A DNA stretch of 64,000 bases from Tubiluchus corallicola (taxonomy: Eukaryota; Animalia; Priapulida). This document shows, one piece after another, positions 49,301 to 61,300 of the stretch. Under the pieces are notes generated by a model, which saw only the letters and a list, made by a program, of their open reading frames with translations, did not search any database and was not told the DNA's origin. The stretch covers positions 62,001 to 126,000 of the forward strand of contig JAQGDQ010000342.1 in assembly GCA_030141605.1 (NCBI GenBank), in the 5' to 3' direction. The translations under genes were made by a program, and so were the position numbers. Position 1 is the stretch's first letter, and each line of letters starts with the position of its first letter.

Positions 49301-52300
49301 AAAAAACCATAAAACTTTTTAACCTAGAGGGCACGGAATAGAGGTGCAAACTGTGCCGTTACATCAAATTACTGTACGTAAAAATTTATTTTGATATTTT
49401 TACACTTAGGCTAACTATTCGTCTAGATATTAAAAAAGTTGTTTAAATGTCATAGGCTTCCCATGCAATATCTTTTAAAAATGTCTTTTAGAATGCTATT
49501 GTTATCTCTGCTCCTGGATTTGAACTGGGATCTTTGCTTACAAGGCAAATGCCATGACTACTAGACTATTCTAACCCTGTAATTATGACAGGTCCTATTA
49601 AGCCTTGTAGCTCGCCAAACAATTCAATATTTTCAAAATTGATTACTTTTTCACTATGAACAATTAACTTACTGCAATTGTCTGAAATTGTACTTCATCA
49701 TCTTGAAATTGGTTTTGAATATTCGAGTTAATAGTTTGCAGATGTTTTGGTCGGCTAACTGCTCACTTTGCCACTTCTTTGATTTTTTAAAAGACGAAAC
49801 AACAGCCAAAATAATGTACAATTCGGAGAGCATGTTCTGTAGTTTTTGTTATAATGTCAGCCATTTTGTACAATTTGGACAGCATGTTCTGTAGTTTTTG
49901 TTATAATGTCAGCCATTTTGTACAATTTGGAAAGCATGTTCTGTAGTTTTTGTTATAATGTCAGCCATTTTGTACAATTTGGACAGCATGTTCTTAGTTT
50001 TTGTTATAATGTCAGCCATTTTGTATAATTTGGACAGCATGTTGTGTAGTTTTTGTTATAATGTCAGCCATTTTGTAATTTAGGCATATCACTGGAGCGT
50101 GGCTGCATTGAAGCAGCTGAATTCATCGCTGCCACCAAAGATCATCGTCGACTGTCTACGGGTGGCTTCGAAAGCTTGCGTAGTCAAACGAGAATTCCGA
50201 AGGGCGGAAATGCTAATTAAAGAAGCCGTACATATAGCTAGGTAAATTTTTTATATTGACTAATTCACTACTAATTGCCGAAAACTGAACTTAAAAATTG
50301 AAAAACAGAATTTAAACTTAGTTCATTTGCAATTATTACCTTGTTGCATTAAAAAATTTAGAATTGGCCGTTACTGTGTCAGAGTTAAACTTGAGAAAAT
50401 GATTAAGATCATACTTTCTGTGTATTTTTATACTAAATGCCACTCTTTTCTGTGCCAGAAATGGGCCTACATTTTGCATTACTTGGTCATGTTTACTTTG
50501 TTAGCCCTACGCTAGAAAGAAATATTTGTAGTGGATTATCAATAATTGTACTGTGATCAAACTGGTTTTGCTGCATTTAGCTGTATGTGATGCAAGTGTA
50601 CATAGTTACTGAATAAATATTCAGTATGTTAATGCCTAAATTGCAAAACATTGTGTGTTATTAAAGGCAAAATAGGCAGATGTTTTCATCAAGCACAACA
50701 TTGAATTTTGCCTTTCTTGTTGACTTATCCAACTCCTGTTGATCTGTCTAGTTTGCAAAACAACATGTGTTATTAAAGGCAAAATCATCAGGCACAACAT
50801 CAAATTTTGCCCTTCTTGTTTACGTATCCAACTCCTGTTGATCTGTCTAGTTTGCAAAACAACATGTGTTATTAAAGGCAAAACAGGCAGATGCTTTCAT
50901 CAAGCACAACATCAAATTTTGCCCTTCTTGTTTACGTATCCAACTCCTGTTGATCTGTCTAGTTTGCAAAACAACATGTGTTATTAAAGGCAAAATCATC
51001 AGGCACAACATCAAATTTTGCCCTTCTTGTTTACGTATCCAACTCCTGTTGATCTGTCTAGTTTGCAAAACAACATGTGTTATTAAAGGCAAAATAGGCA
51101 GATGCTTTCATCAGGCACAACATCAAATTTTGCCCTTCTTGTTTACGTATCCAACTCCTGTTGATCTGTCTAGTTTGCAAAACAACATGTGTTATTAAAG
51201 GCAAAATAGGCAGATGCTTTCATCAAGCACAACATCAAATTTTGCCTTTCTTGTTTACGTATCCAACTCCTGTTGATCTGTCTAGTTTGCAAAACAACAT
51301 GTGTTATTAAAGGCAAAACAGGCAGATGCTTTCATCAAGCACAACATCAAATTTTGCCCTTCTTGTTTACGTATCCAACTCCTGTTGATCTGTCTAGTTT
51401 GCAAAACAACATGTGTTATTAAAGGCAAAATCATCAGGCACAACATCAAATTTTGCCCTTCTTGTTTACGTATCCAACTCCTGTTGATCTGTCTAGTTTG
51501 CAAAACAACATGTGTTATTAAAGGCAAAACAGGCAGATGCTTTCATCAAGCACAACATCAAATTTTGCCCTTCTTGTTTACGTATCCAACTCCTGTTGAT
51601 CTGTCTAGTTTGCAAAACAACACGTGTTATTAAAGGCAAAATCATCAGGCACAACATCAAATTTTGCCCTTCTTGTTTACGTATCCAACTCCTGTTGATC
51701 TGTCTAGTTTGCAAAACAACATGTGTTATTAAAGGCAAAATCATCAGGCACAACATCAAATTTTGCCCTTCTTGTTTACGTATCCAACTCCTGTTGATGT
51801 GTCTAGTTTGCAAAACAACACGTGTTATTAAAGGCAAAATAGGCAGATGCTTTCATCAGGCACAACATTGAATTTTGCCTTTCTTGTTTACGTATCCAAC
51901 TCCTGTTGATCTGTCTAGTTTGCAAAACAACATGTGTTATTAAAGGCAAAATCATCAGGCACAACATCAAATTTTGCCCTTCTTGTTTACGTATCCAACT
52001 CCTGTTGATCTGTCTAGTTTGCAAAACAACATGTGTTATTAAAGGCAAAATCATCAGGCACAACATCAAATTTTGCCCTTCTTGTTTACGTATCCAACTC
52101 CTGTTGATCTGTCTAGTTTGCAAAACAACATGTGTTATTAAAGGCAAAACAGGCAGATGCTTTCATCAAGCACAACATCAAATTTTGCCCTTCTTGTTTG
52201 CGTATCCAACTCCTGTTGATCTGTCTAGTTTGCAAAACAACATGTGTTATTAAAGGCAAAATCATCAGGCACAACATCAAATTTTGCCCTTCTTGTTTAC

Positions 52301-55300
52301 GTATCCAACTCCTGTTGATCTGTCTAGTTTGCAAAACAACATGTGTTATTAAAGGCAAAATAGGCAGATGCTTTCATCAGGCACAACATCAAATTTTGCC
52401 CTTCTTGTTTACGTATCCAACTCCTGTTGAATCTGTCTAGTTTGCAAAACAACATGTGTTATTAAAGGCAAAATAGGCAGATGCTTTCATCAGGCACAAC
52501 ATCAAATTTTGCCTTTATTATTTACTTATCCAACTCCTGCCGGTCTATCTATGATAGAGCCTAGTCAAGTAAACAGCTAAATTATAGTTACTGTGTTTTT
52601 ATTTCTAACACGGGGGATGTGGGGAATAGAGCCTTTGAACTTGAATGATTTTAATGGGCGGAACTTAGCAGCAGCAATTTTAACATTTATTTCTATAATG
52701 ACCTGTTTACAGGGAGATGTTCGGTCACAAGCATCCAAAGTACTCAGATGCATTGCTTGACTACAGCTTCTTCTTACTCAACGTCGATCAAATTAGTCAA
52801 TCAGTACAGGTATATCAGGTAAGGTATATTGCCCGAGTCATTCTGTTGATCTTAATAAAATTAATAATACAGTAGCCACCACTTAATAGACTCACTTTGT
52901 TATGGAAGCGTTTTGATGCACTTAACCCACTGAATCTATTAGCCGACTGGTGTAATATTACTAGTACAGAAATACGAGTCATCATCACTCTTCAGTTTAG
53001 TATGCACTGCAAAGACTGTGAGAGCTTTCAAATTTTTATGCCTTCTGGCTGCTGTATGCTGTTTATGCTTGCAAAGAATACTGGCAGATTATTGCAACTG
53101 CATCGGTGGCATAACAGCAACAGCTAATTGAATAAACGTCCTGTGAAAAGCAGCATGATCTTAAAAAAGAAACCGCAAGGCATGTGATTAAAAGTTTAGC
53201 TCCCTTAAATTCTTGGGCAACAAGGGTAATTGTAGCGGACGAGTGGGTGACAGATTCAAAGCAAATGCGCTTCGATGGCATATTAGAGCATGATAAATGA
53301 AACCTCGTATTTTACGTCATTGTTCTTATGTACATTGTGCACAATGAAATCTCGTATTTTACGTCATTGTTCTTATGTACATTGTGCACAATGAAATCTC
53401 GTATTTTACGTCATTGTTCTTATGTACATTGTGCACAATGAAATCTCGTATTTTACGTCATTGTTCTTATGTACGTTGTGCACAATGAAATCTCGTATTT
53501 TACGTCATTGTTCTTATGTACATTGTGCACAATGAAATCTCGTATTTTACGTCATTGTTCTTATGTACATTGTGCACAATGAAATCTCGTATTTTACGTC
53601 ATTGTTCTTATGTACACTGTGCACAATGAAATCTCGTATTTTACGTCATTGTTCTTATGTACATTGTGCACAAAAGCGAAGTAAAGATGTCATTTAAAAT
53701 AGTAAAAGCCCTTTGGAAACAGACAAACATCTTATTTTAAGTACACTTAACAAAACATTGAGTCAATTATGCGGAGTTATTCGAGTCGATTGCCGGTGGT
53801 TTTTACACACATTTGAATGGGAGTAGGCCATCCTGTATGGACATATTTTTGCGTCAGTTAGGCAACTGACTCTGTTAACCGTGAGTCTACTGTAGTAAGA
53901 AGAAGCCTAAAAATAAATCATTCAGCTGGTCTCATTCATGCACCTATCAATCAACAATGAAGGCACATTCATCAGTAGATTAAAACCAGTAGAACCCAAA
54001 TAAAAATGCTTTATTTTAACCTAGCCTAATAAAAGGGCTTTGCTGACAAATCTGAAAAAGTATTAAAACTGGCATAAAAATCTAAAGCAGTGCAGGCAGA
54101 ACTTTTTTCAATTTCAATTTATCAATTTATTTCACTCCAGCAATACATATACAATACATCAACATACAATATTATTGAAACAAAAAAAAACAGTATAGGT
54201 AAAAAACACGTTGATGAAGTCAAATTAACCAAATAAAAGAGTTGCTGTATGACACCTTGAAAGCTTGGCATGTTAGGGTGGCACAAATGAGTGAATGAAA
54301 GAATGGTTAGGGTTAGTAGACATGATGGAATGGAAAAAAGAGTAAGATTAGGGATAGGAAGAAGGAAAAGAGGAGAAGAAACGATCACAGTGTATGTTTA
54401 ATTTACATAGAGGTATATTAAAATAGCATTATAATTGATTGGAGGCCATATATTGCAACTGCATGAGACATGGAACCATTAAAATTGTATTATAAGTATG
54501 AATCAAAAATGGTCCTTTTCAAGTAGTTTTTGAAACTATAAATAGTTTTGTGTATTTTTACTCGGGCACTTATTTTATTCCAGTTATTGGGGGCTGTGAA
54601 TTTAATAAAGTGTGGCACTATTAGTACGGCAGTAAGGGACATGATATTCATTGAACCTTGTAAAGTAATATTTAGGATTTGCTGTAATTGGATTTGCAAA
54701 GGAAGTGGGAAACAAGTTGTAGTATGTCTTGTACATATGAAAAGACAAGTGATATATAACCAAGCCTTCGAGAATTATTATACCACATTCATTAAATAAG
54801 GGCATACCAATCTTTAGACTCTTAAGGCTTTAGCCTTAAATATCACCAACCTGTGAAATACCCTCTGAGATCTACTACAAGCTCTCATATTTATGTTACT
54901 CATGCTGTTGCTCCAAGTTCTGGGGTATGGGAAGAACCTCCATCACTACAAGAGCTACCTAGCCAAGGAAATCATCATGTTTAAGTGTTGCATCATGCTT
55001 TTTATAACTTCACATAAGCGTACTCGTCCTAGTTTCTTACACAGGTATTTTAAGATCACAGTTACTGGTAAATAAAACTCACCAATTAGAAGCCAGATTT
55101 CTGTTTGCTTAATTGGAGACTGGACCACTAATTTTGGGCACAATATACTGTCATGCTTTGTCATGTTGTTGGCATGCTGAAGGTAGAACACTGTACTTTC
55201 TAGCAGATAAGAGATTGGTTATTAGAAAGGCATTGCACTTATATTTAAGATTTAGATTTATTTATTTATCTTTTAAAGTGTAAAATGCACGTCAGTGTCA

Positions 55301-58300
55301 CAATAATTTAAAATCTTAAATACAGTAAATGAGTTCTCAAGATATATACATAAATAATTCAAATTATACACATCGAAAACTAATTTACACATGAACATGA
55401 CTATCCTTGTATTTTACAACTGTTTACGCTGTTTATTATAATATTGTAAAATGTATTCAGATATTGTCCTGAATAAATTCAGAAACGTGTAATTATTTAG
55501 ATACAGTCAACCCTCGTTAAACTGGACTAATTGGGGGGGGGGGGGGTCCGGTTTAGCCGATTATCCGATTTATCCGATATGCCTATATATAGTCTATATT
55601 ATACAGGAATAATCACCTTAATAACGCCTATATACATTGCACTATATACTGTGCAATATATACTATACTGTATATTACTTTAAAATAGTTAACCTGTGAG
55701 GATAAAGAAATTAGCGAGTGCTTTCGATGGGGTAAGCAAACTGAATTTTGGCGGGAATTGTAGCAGCCTGGGCGGCACCGCAAGCCGCTTCGGCCCGTCA
55801 ATGACTCGTGGTGAGTTGATAGGCCGTGTTTAGCGCTCCGGCTCGGTCGGAAATTGGTCAGTTTCCTTTACCACGGATGACGTCCGTCTTATCCGATATC
55901 CGGGCTACCTGGGTCCGGTTTAACGAGGGTCGACTGTATAGATATAAAGTAAGACATGGAGACATAACAATGCCTGAAACACTGACTGACACGCAATATG
56001 ACCAACATTAGCGTTTTCGACATGTTTTTTAGGCAGCCTTAGACGTGCGACAGTCCGTTTTCGGAGGCAATAACATACATGTAGCCATAGCTCACGAAGA
56101 TCTAGCTTATGCCATGTACGTGAACGAGTATAGTTCAGGTCGCTTTACAGATGCCAGGTACCGTATTCTTAAATTTCAGAAATTATTGAGAAAACTGTCA
56201 TCAGAGTGCAGAAAAACATTCTCCAAGCATCCATAAAACTGTGTATATTACTGCATTTCTACATTTCGTATGCCCTGTCTTGAACTGTACACTTTAATTG
56301 CAATAAGTAAACCAGTTATAAATGTGAATTAATTGGGTATTCATCGCAATTACATGAATGAGCAAATTAATTTTCTTTAGCTAATATACTTTAAAGTAAA
56401 ATAAAAATTGGAAAAACTCACATCTTTGGCCCCGCTGCACCTGCACGTGTCTCACCTGAATAACCGGATTAATAAAATACTAGCAAAGGCCCCGCAAGAA
56501 ATTTTGCGTATAAATACACGTATAATCAATAATACGCGAACATCCTTCATAGTCCTCATTTATAACGCAAAAGGCGCAGCTGCTTTTACTGAATTAAAGC
56601 TATAAGATTTTAGGCAGAGTATAATGGATGATGTCACAACAATGGCTTTGCTTCAGCAGTTTTCTAAGCGAAAATTGCCGAAAATAGAACATCTAATTAA
56701 CCTGTCGATACTCCTTTCGGTGGACGTGTCCTAAAATATAGCCCACGTCATCATGTAGCCCTGTCCTTCCTCTTTGTAAAGAGCCATATATCTCCTTCCG
56801 AGAGTCCCACCAGGCGCCGCTAGAACGTTTTTTCTGCAGGCTGTTTGACCAAAATTTCGAAAAAATCAGGAGTTGGGTCCAGAAAAACGCCCGTTAAGGG
56901 ACGCCGTGGCCCTAATGAGAATTCTAAATACGCCTATGACCGCTGAACGGGCTATCTATCCATACCCAGCATCACCCTCGGCCCATGCCCGTTCTCTACA
57001 TCTCAGCCGTATAACTTTTGTAAAAAACAGCCAAAAATGGCCATTTTTGAAGGTTTTTTGCCCCCCGTTCGTCCCGGTGGGCTCGATTCGAAAAATAAAC
57101 CCCCAATGGCACGACACTAGATTGAGACCTTTCGTTTGATGTATAGATCGCTGCAAATGGTGCCGTCGTCCGAGCTGTAGCCTCGAATCTTATATATATA
57201 TATATATTAAGCCCATACCAGTAGAATTAATATACTAAAAATAATATTATAATATTAAAATATTAATAATTGATTTCGGCCACACAAGTGATGGAGCACC
57301 GCCTTTTAATAACTCCAATTTATACAAATGAGTACCAATAAAAGAAGTAAAGAAAATATGTTCCAGAACTTTTAATACGTATCTTGTAATCGAAAACATT
57401 CAGTAGAAAATACATTGACGTGTTAAGGAGGTTTCGTTTTTGACGGTCAGCTGCATATTTTTTGATTGCGTTACCTCTTTTTTTCAGGGAACAAGCAGAG
57501 AAGGCCATTACCATCATGACTCAGATTCTTCCCGGCGATCATCTGTTAATGGCTTCTTCAAAGAGAGTAAAAGGTGCGTTTTAAAAAACCTGTGTAATTT
57601 TTGTGTTTGGGTAAACCTTCATCTGCCGTCTATGGCATGTCAACTAGTAACATTTGTAACTTTAGTCTTTATTGTGGAAGTTGGAATTGTACATTGTAGT
57701 TAGGTGCTGCCATCTATATGCTAATCTTGTTACATTCTACCAGCTGACTTACCTTCGGTATAATTGTATGGTCCAGTGAATACATACACACTGGTCCTCT
57801 CCCTATCTAAAATTAATGGTTGTTGTGAAGCCTGTGCAACTCTGCATAGGTCAAGTTCTATACCTGTATACTGGCTGTGAAGCAGGTTTTACTGACTGTT
57901 TTTGCTTTCTAGTTTTTGCTCAATGTTCAGTGCAGCAGTTTTGCTACTCATGTTTTCTGTAGTTTCAATAAACACTTTTCTGTTGTGTGCAGTGCAAATA
58001 TTTATTATAGATTTTTGGTTCCTATTCATACTTCTCTGTGCCTAAACTCAATCATAACAAAGTGACTGAACAACAACTTCAAAAATGACTTTCACATTTA
58101 TAACTAAAACCACACTCAATTGTTTTACTTCCCTTAGCTGTACCATCCGTGATTAGCTAGCTGTATCGAGTGATCTATAATTTAATATTTGCCTTTGCTG
58201 TGAAGATAAAGAAAGTACTAGAAATGGTGGCAAAACAAATGTAATTTTTCACATCACTTTCTCCCTGTGCTAGACTAGGCCTGGAATAAGATTTTAAGTA

Positions 58301-61300
58301 GGGCTTTGTGGTTGTAACTTTTTCAAATTCTCAACCTCATTATAACACTCCCCTTTATAATGCCAGCATTGCTTAACCACCCCATTTTTTGATGAAATAA
58401 AATGTCTATATTTGCATGGACATGTATGTATTAATGCAACTCATTATAGTGCCAAACTCGCAGTAATGCCAACTTTTTTCGCAGTCCCAAAGTAGGCGGT
58501 ATAAATTTTTTTTCAATTCAATTCAATTTTATTTATTTTCTCAATAGCAGTTTAAAATTCATCCTAATTATTTTTATGTTTCATTGTAGCCGAGAAGGAA
58601 CAGAGGCTTAACTGTCTGGAATTTCACACAAAAGCTCGAGAATGGCACTATATCAACATCTTTTGTAATTTTAAAACTTGACGAAGCCTTGTTATATGTT
58701 TAGCGCTGATATTGGAAGAGATAGCTATCGATAGTCCAAGTAAAGATACGGAAAAACGACTCCTAGATGAAGCAAGAGAACTGCACCTGGTAGCTCTTTC
58801 GCTTGCTGTGAAAGCTTTCGGGGAGGAGAACGTGCAAACGGCCAAACATTATGGAAATCTTGGGCGGTTATATCAGTCAATGCACATGTATAAGGTACAA
58901 CCGTCTCAATAATGTGACGCTGTTTTTTTAATGATCATTAGCATTCTAAACAAAGAAATTACCGTATTTTCCCGCGTATAAGAGACCCTCTTTTGCTCAG
59001 AATTTTCACTTTAAAAATAGGGGGTCTCTTATACATGGGAGTAAGTCTTTTCAATAAGATGCATAAATTGCAAGAGGAGTGGACGAAGTGGATGCAAGAT
59101 GCCGACTCCAATCTGACACCAACTGGCAAGGTAAGAAAGCCAACCCTTGGAGACGTCTGCAGCTGGGTCCTCAAGGCATGGAATGGTGTAAAGCCAGAGG
59201 TCATTATTAAATCTTTCAAGAAGTGTGGCATCTCCAATGCCATGGACGGCACAGAGGACAATGCCATTTTTGAGCAGAGTGACTCCTCTGATGATGAACT
59301 GGCTGGAATTGCTGAAGGTCTGACTCCAGTTGATATTTTTGATGAGAGTGATGAGGAATTTAATGATTTCTATGATGAATAAAGTTATTCATTACCAAAA
59401 AACTTTTTTCCAGAATTTTTGCCTAAAAATTGAAGGGGTCTCTTATACACAAGGGTCTCTTATACATGGGAAAATACGGTAGTTCATGTTACAACAATAT
59501 TGTGTTAACAGCAATTGCTGTTAGCACTAGGAAGACTTTAGAACAGCTAGTTGTAATTATTGACAGATTGTTGATAGTTATTTGGTTAGATGTTTGTTTA
59601 CTTTGTTTACATCACGTACATCAGTGTAACCACGTGTATATCTCTATGTATAAAACTATAGAATCAATTGTGCGGAGTTATTTGAGTCAATTGCAGACCG
59701 CTTTTATATACTTTTGTATAGGAGTGGCCAGTACTTAGACATTTTTGAGACAATTAGGTATCATGTATCCTTGATAGTTGGGTATTTTAAATTATGCATG
59801 AAACAAGGTAATTGATATTTTAAGTCCACTTAGAGGGTCTGTATGGTCACAAAATTGCAATTTCAACCCCAATGGGGGCCTAGGTGGCCCCAAAACACCT
59901 GGATTGTTTCAGAGTTTCCCTGGTACTAAAATGAGTGCATGATTTACAGATAACAATAACAATGGCACATATGAACATATAACAATGGCACATATGAACA
60001 TATAACAATGGCACATATGAACATATAACAATGGCACATATAACAATGGCACATATGAACATATAACAATGGCACATATAGGTGTAACCAAAAAGCAGTG
60101 TTTATTATGATAACAACAAAACAGAGCAATGAAAAAAATCAATAAGCAAGAAAATAAAACATTGGCTGAAAACTGAAAAAAAGACTGGAGAGTGATGTAC
60201 TGAATTGAGGCCTAATTACCAGGAGTCCAAATTTTATTGGTCCTTTATTGATGAAATCATGATTAATCAGTAACTGTTTAATCTATTAGTGATCTCACAT
60301 TCTGTGTGTCGTTCTTTTGTTTAGGAAGCTGAAGCAATGCATTTAAAAGCGATAAATATCAAAGAGAAACTGCTTGGTCCGGAAGATTATGAGGTGGCGC
60401 TCTCTGTCGGCCATTTGGCTTCATTGTACAACTACGACATGCGGATGTTCGAAGAGGCAGAGAAGTTGTATCTGAGATCAATTGCTATTGGTTAGTTTGC
60501 TTTAGTCATATACTTGCATTTATACTGTTTATGTAACATGTAATAGCTTTGTACAGCAAGACGTACGTTACTAAACCCGTGTGTGAACTATCCCTATATG
60601 CTGTGTAAATTGATTTGCTTGTAGAGTCAGTACGTAACAAACTAACAATGTATGGTTGATGTTGCTCGCGATCAGCCGTAATGGTAAACAAACCAGGTTG
60701 ACCCAAAATTTCCGCCATTCGTAATTTTTATTTCTCTTAAGTGGAAATCCGGCACTCCTGGAAGGACCTAGTCACTGTAAATGTTTATGGCGAGACTGGA
60801 CTCATTATCAAGGGCGTCCTCCAATAATGAGCCACTCAATCAGCAGAGGTGTCTTAGCCACGTTCAGTTACATATACATTTAGCGAGGTAGACCGTCACA
60901 ACCAGTATGGCAAATGAAACTGGCCAGAACGAGTGTCATACCTAGACAGTTACAAGCCATTTAAACATGACAGCTTGCTCTTTCACCTCAGTTTGACTGC
61001 TTGTCCTGTATAAAACAAATTTTGCTCTGAGCAAGCGAAACGTCATGTTTGTTTGATGGCTATAAAAAATCTGAAACCAAAGACCCAGGTATAATGTTGT
61101 AGCATCACAGTGATACTGTATACGTGACAGTTTGACGAATTGACCATCTAATCCATTTCTCTTTTTGCCGTGATAATTCTTGTGCCATCACTAACTAATA
61201 AATTTAAACATTTACAATCGAAATGACTTCACTCTATCTCAGTCTTAGGGGTGAGCATCGAACGTTTGAATCGAATTCGATTCGAACGAGTTTTTTTAGT

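Noticed and set aside
48465-49312. His/Pro/Thr-rich ORFs (up to 262 aa) as a structural protein
   Set aside because: Open in all three frames because the C/A-rich minisatellite lacks stop codons; the ~56-bp unit is not a codon multiple; intronic.
50636-52440. Series of Cys-rich ORFs (FCPSC...ICLVC) resembling zinc fingers
   Set aside because: Translation of a 99/112-bp satellite; the 112-bp units shift frame and there is no exon support.
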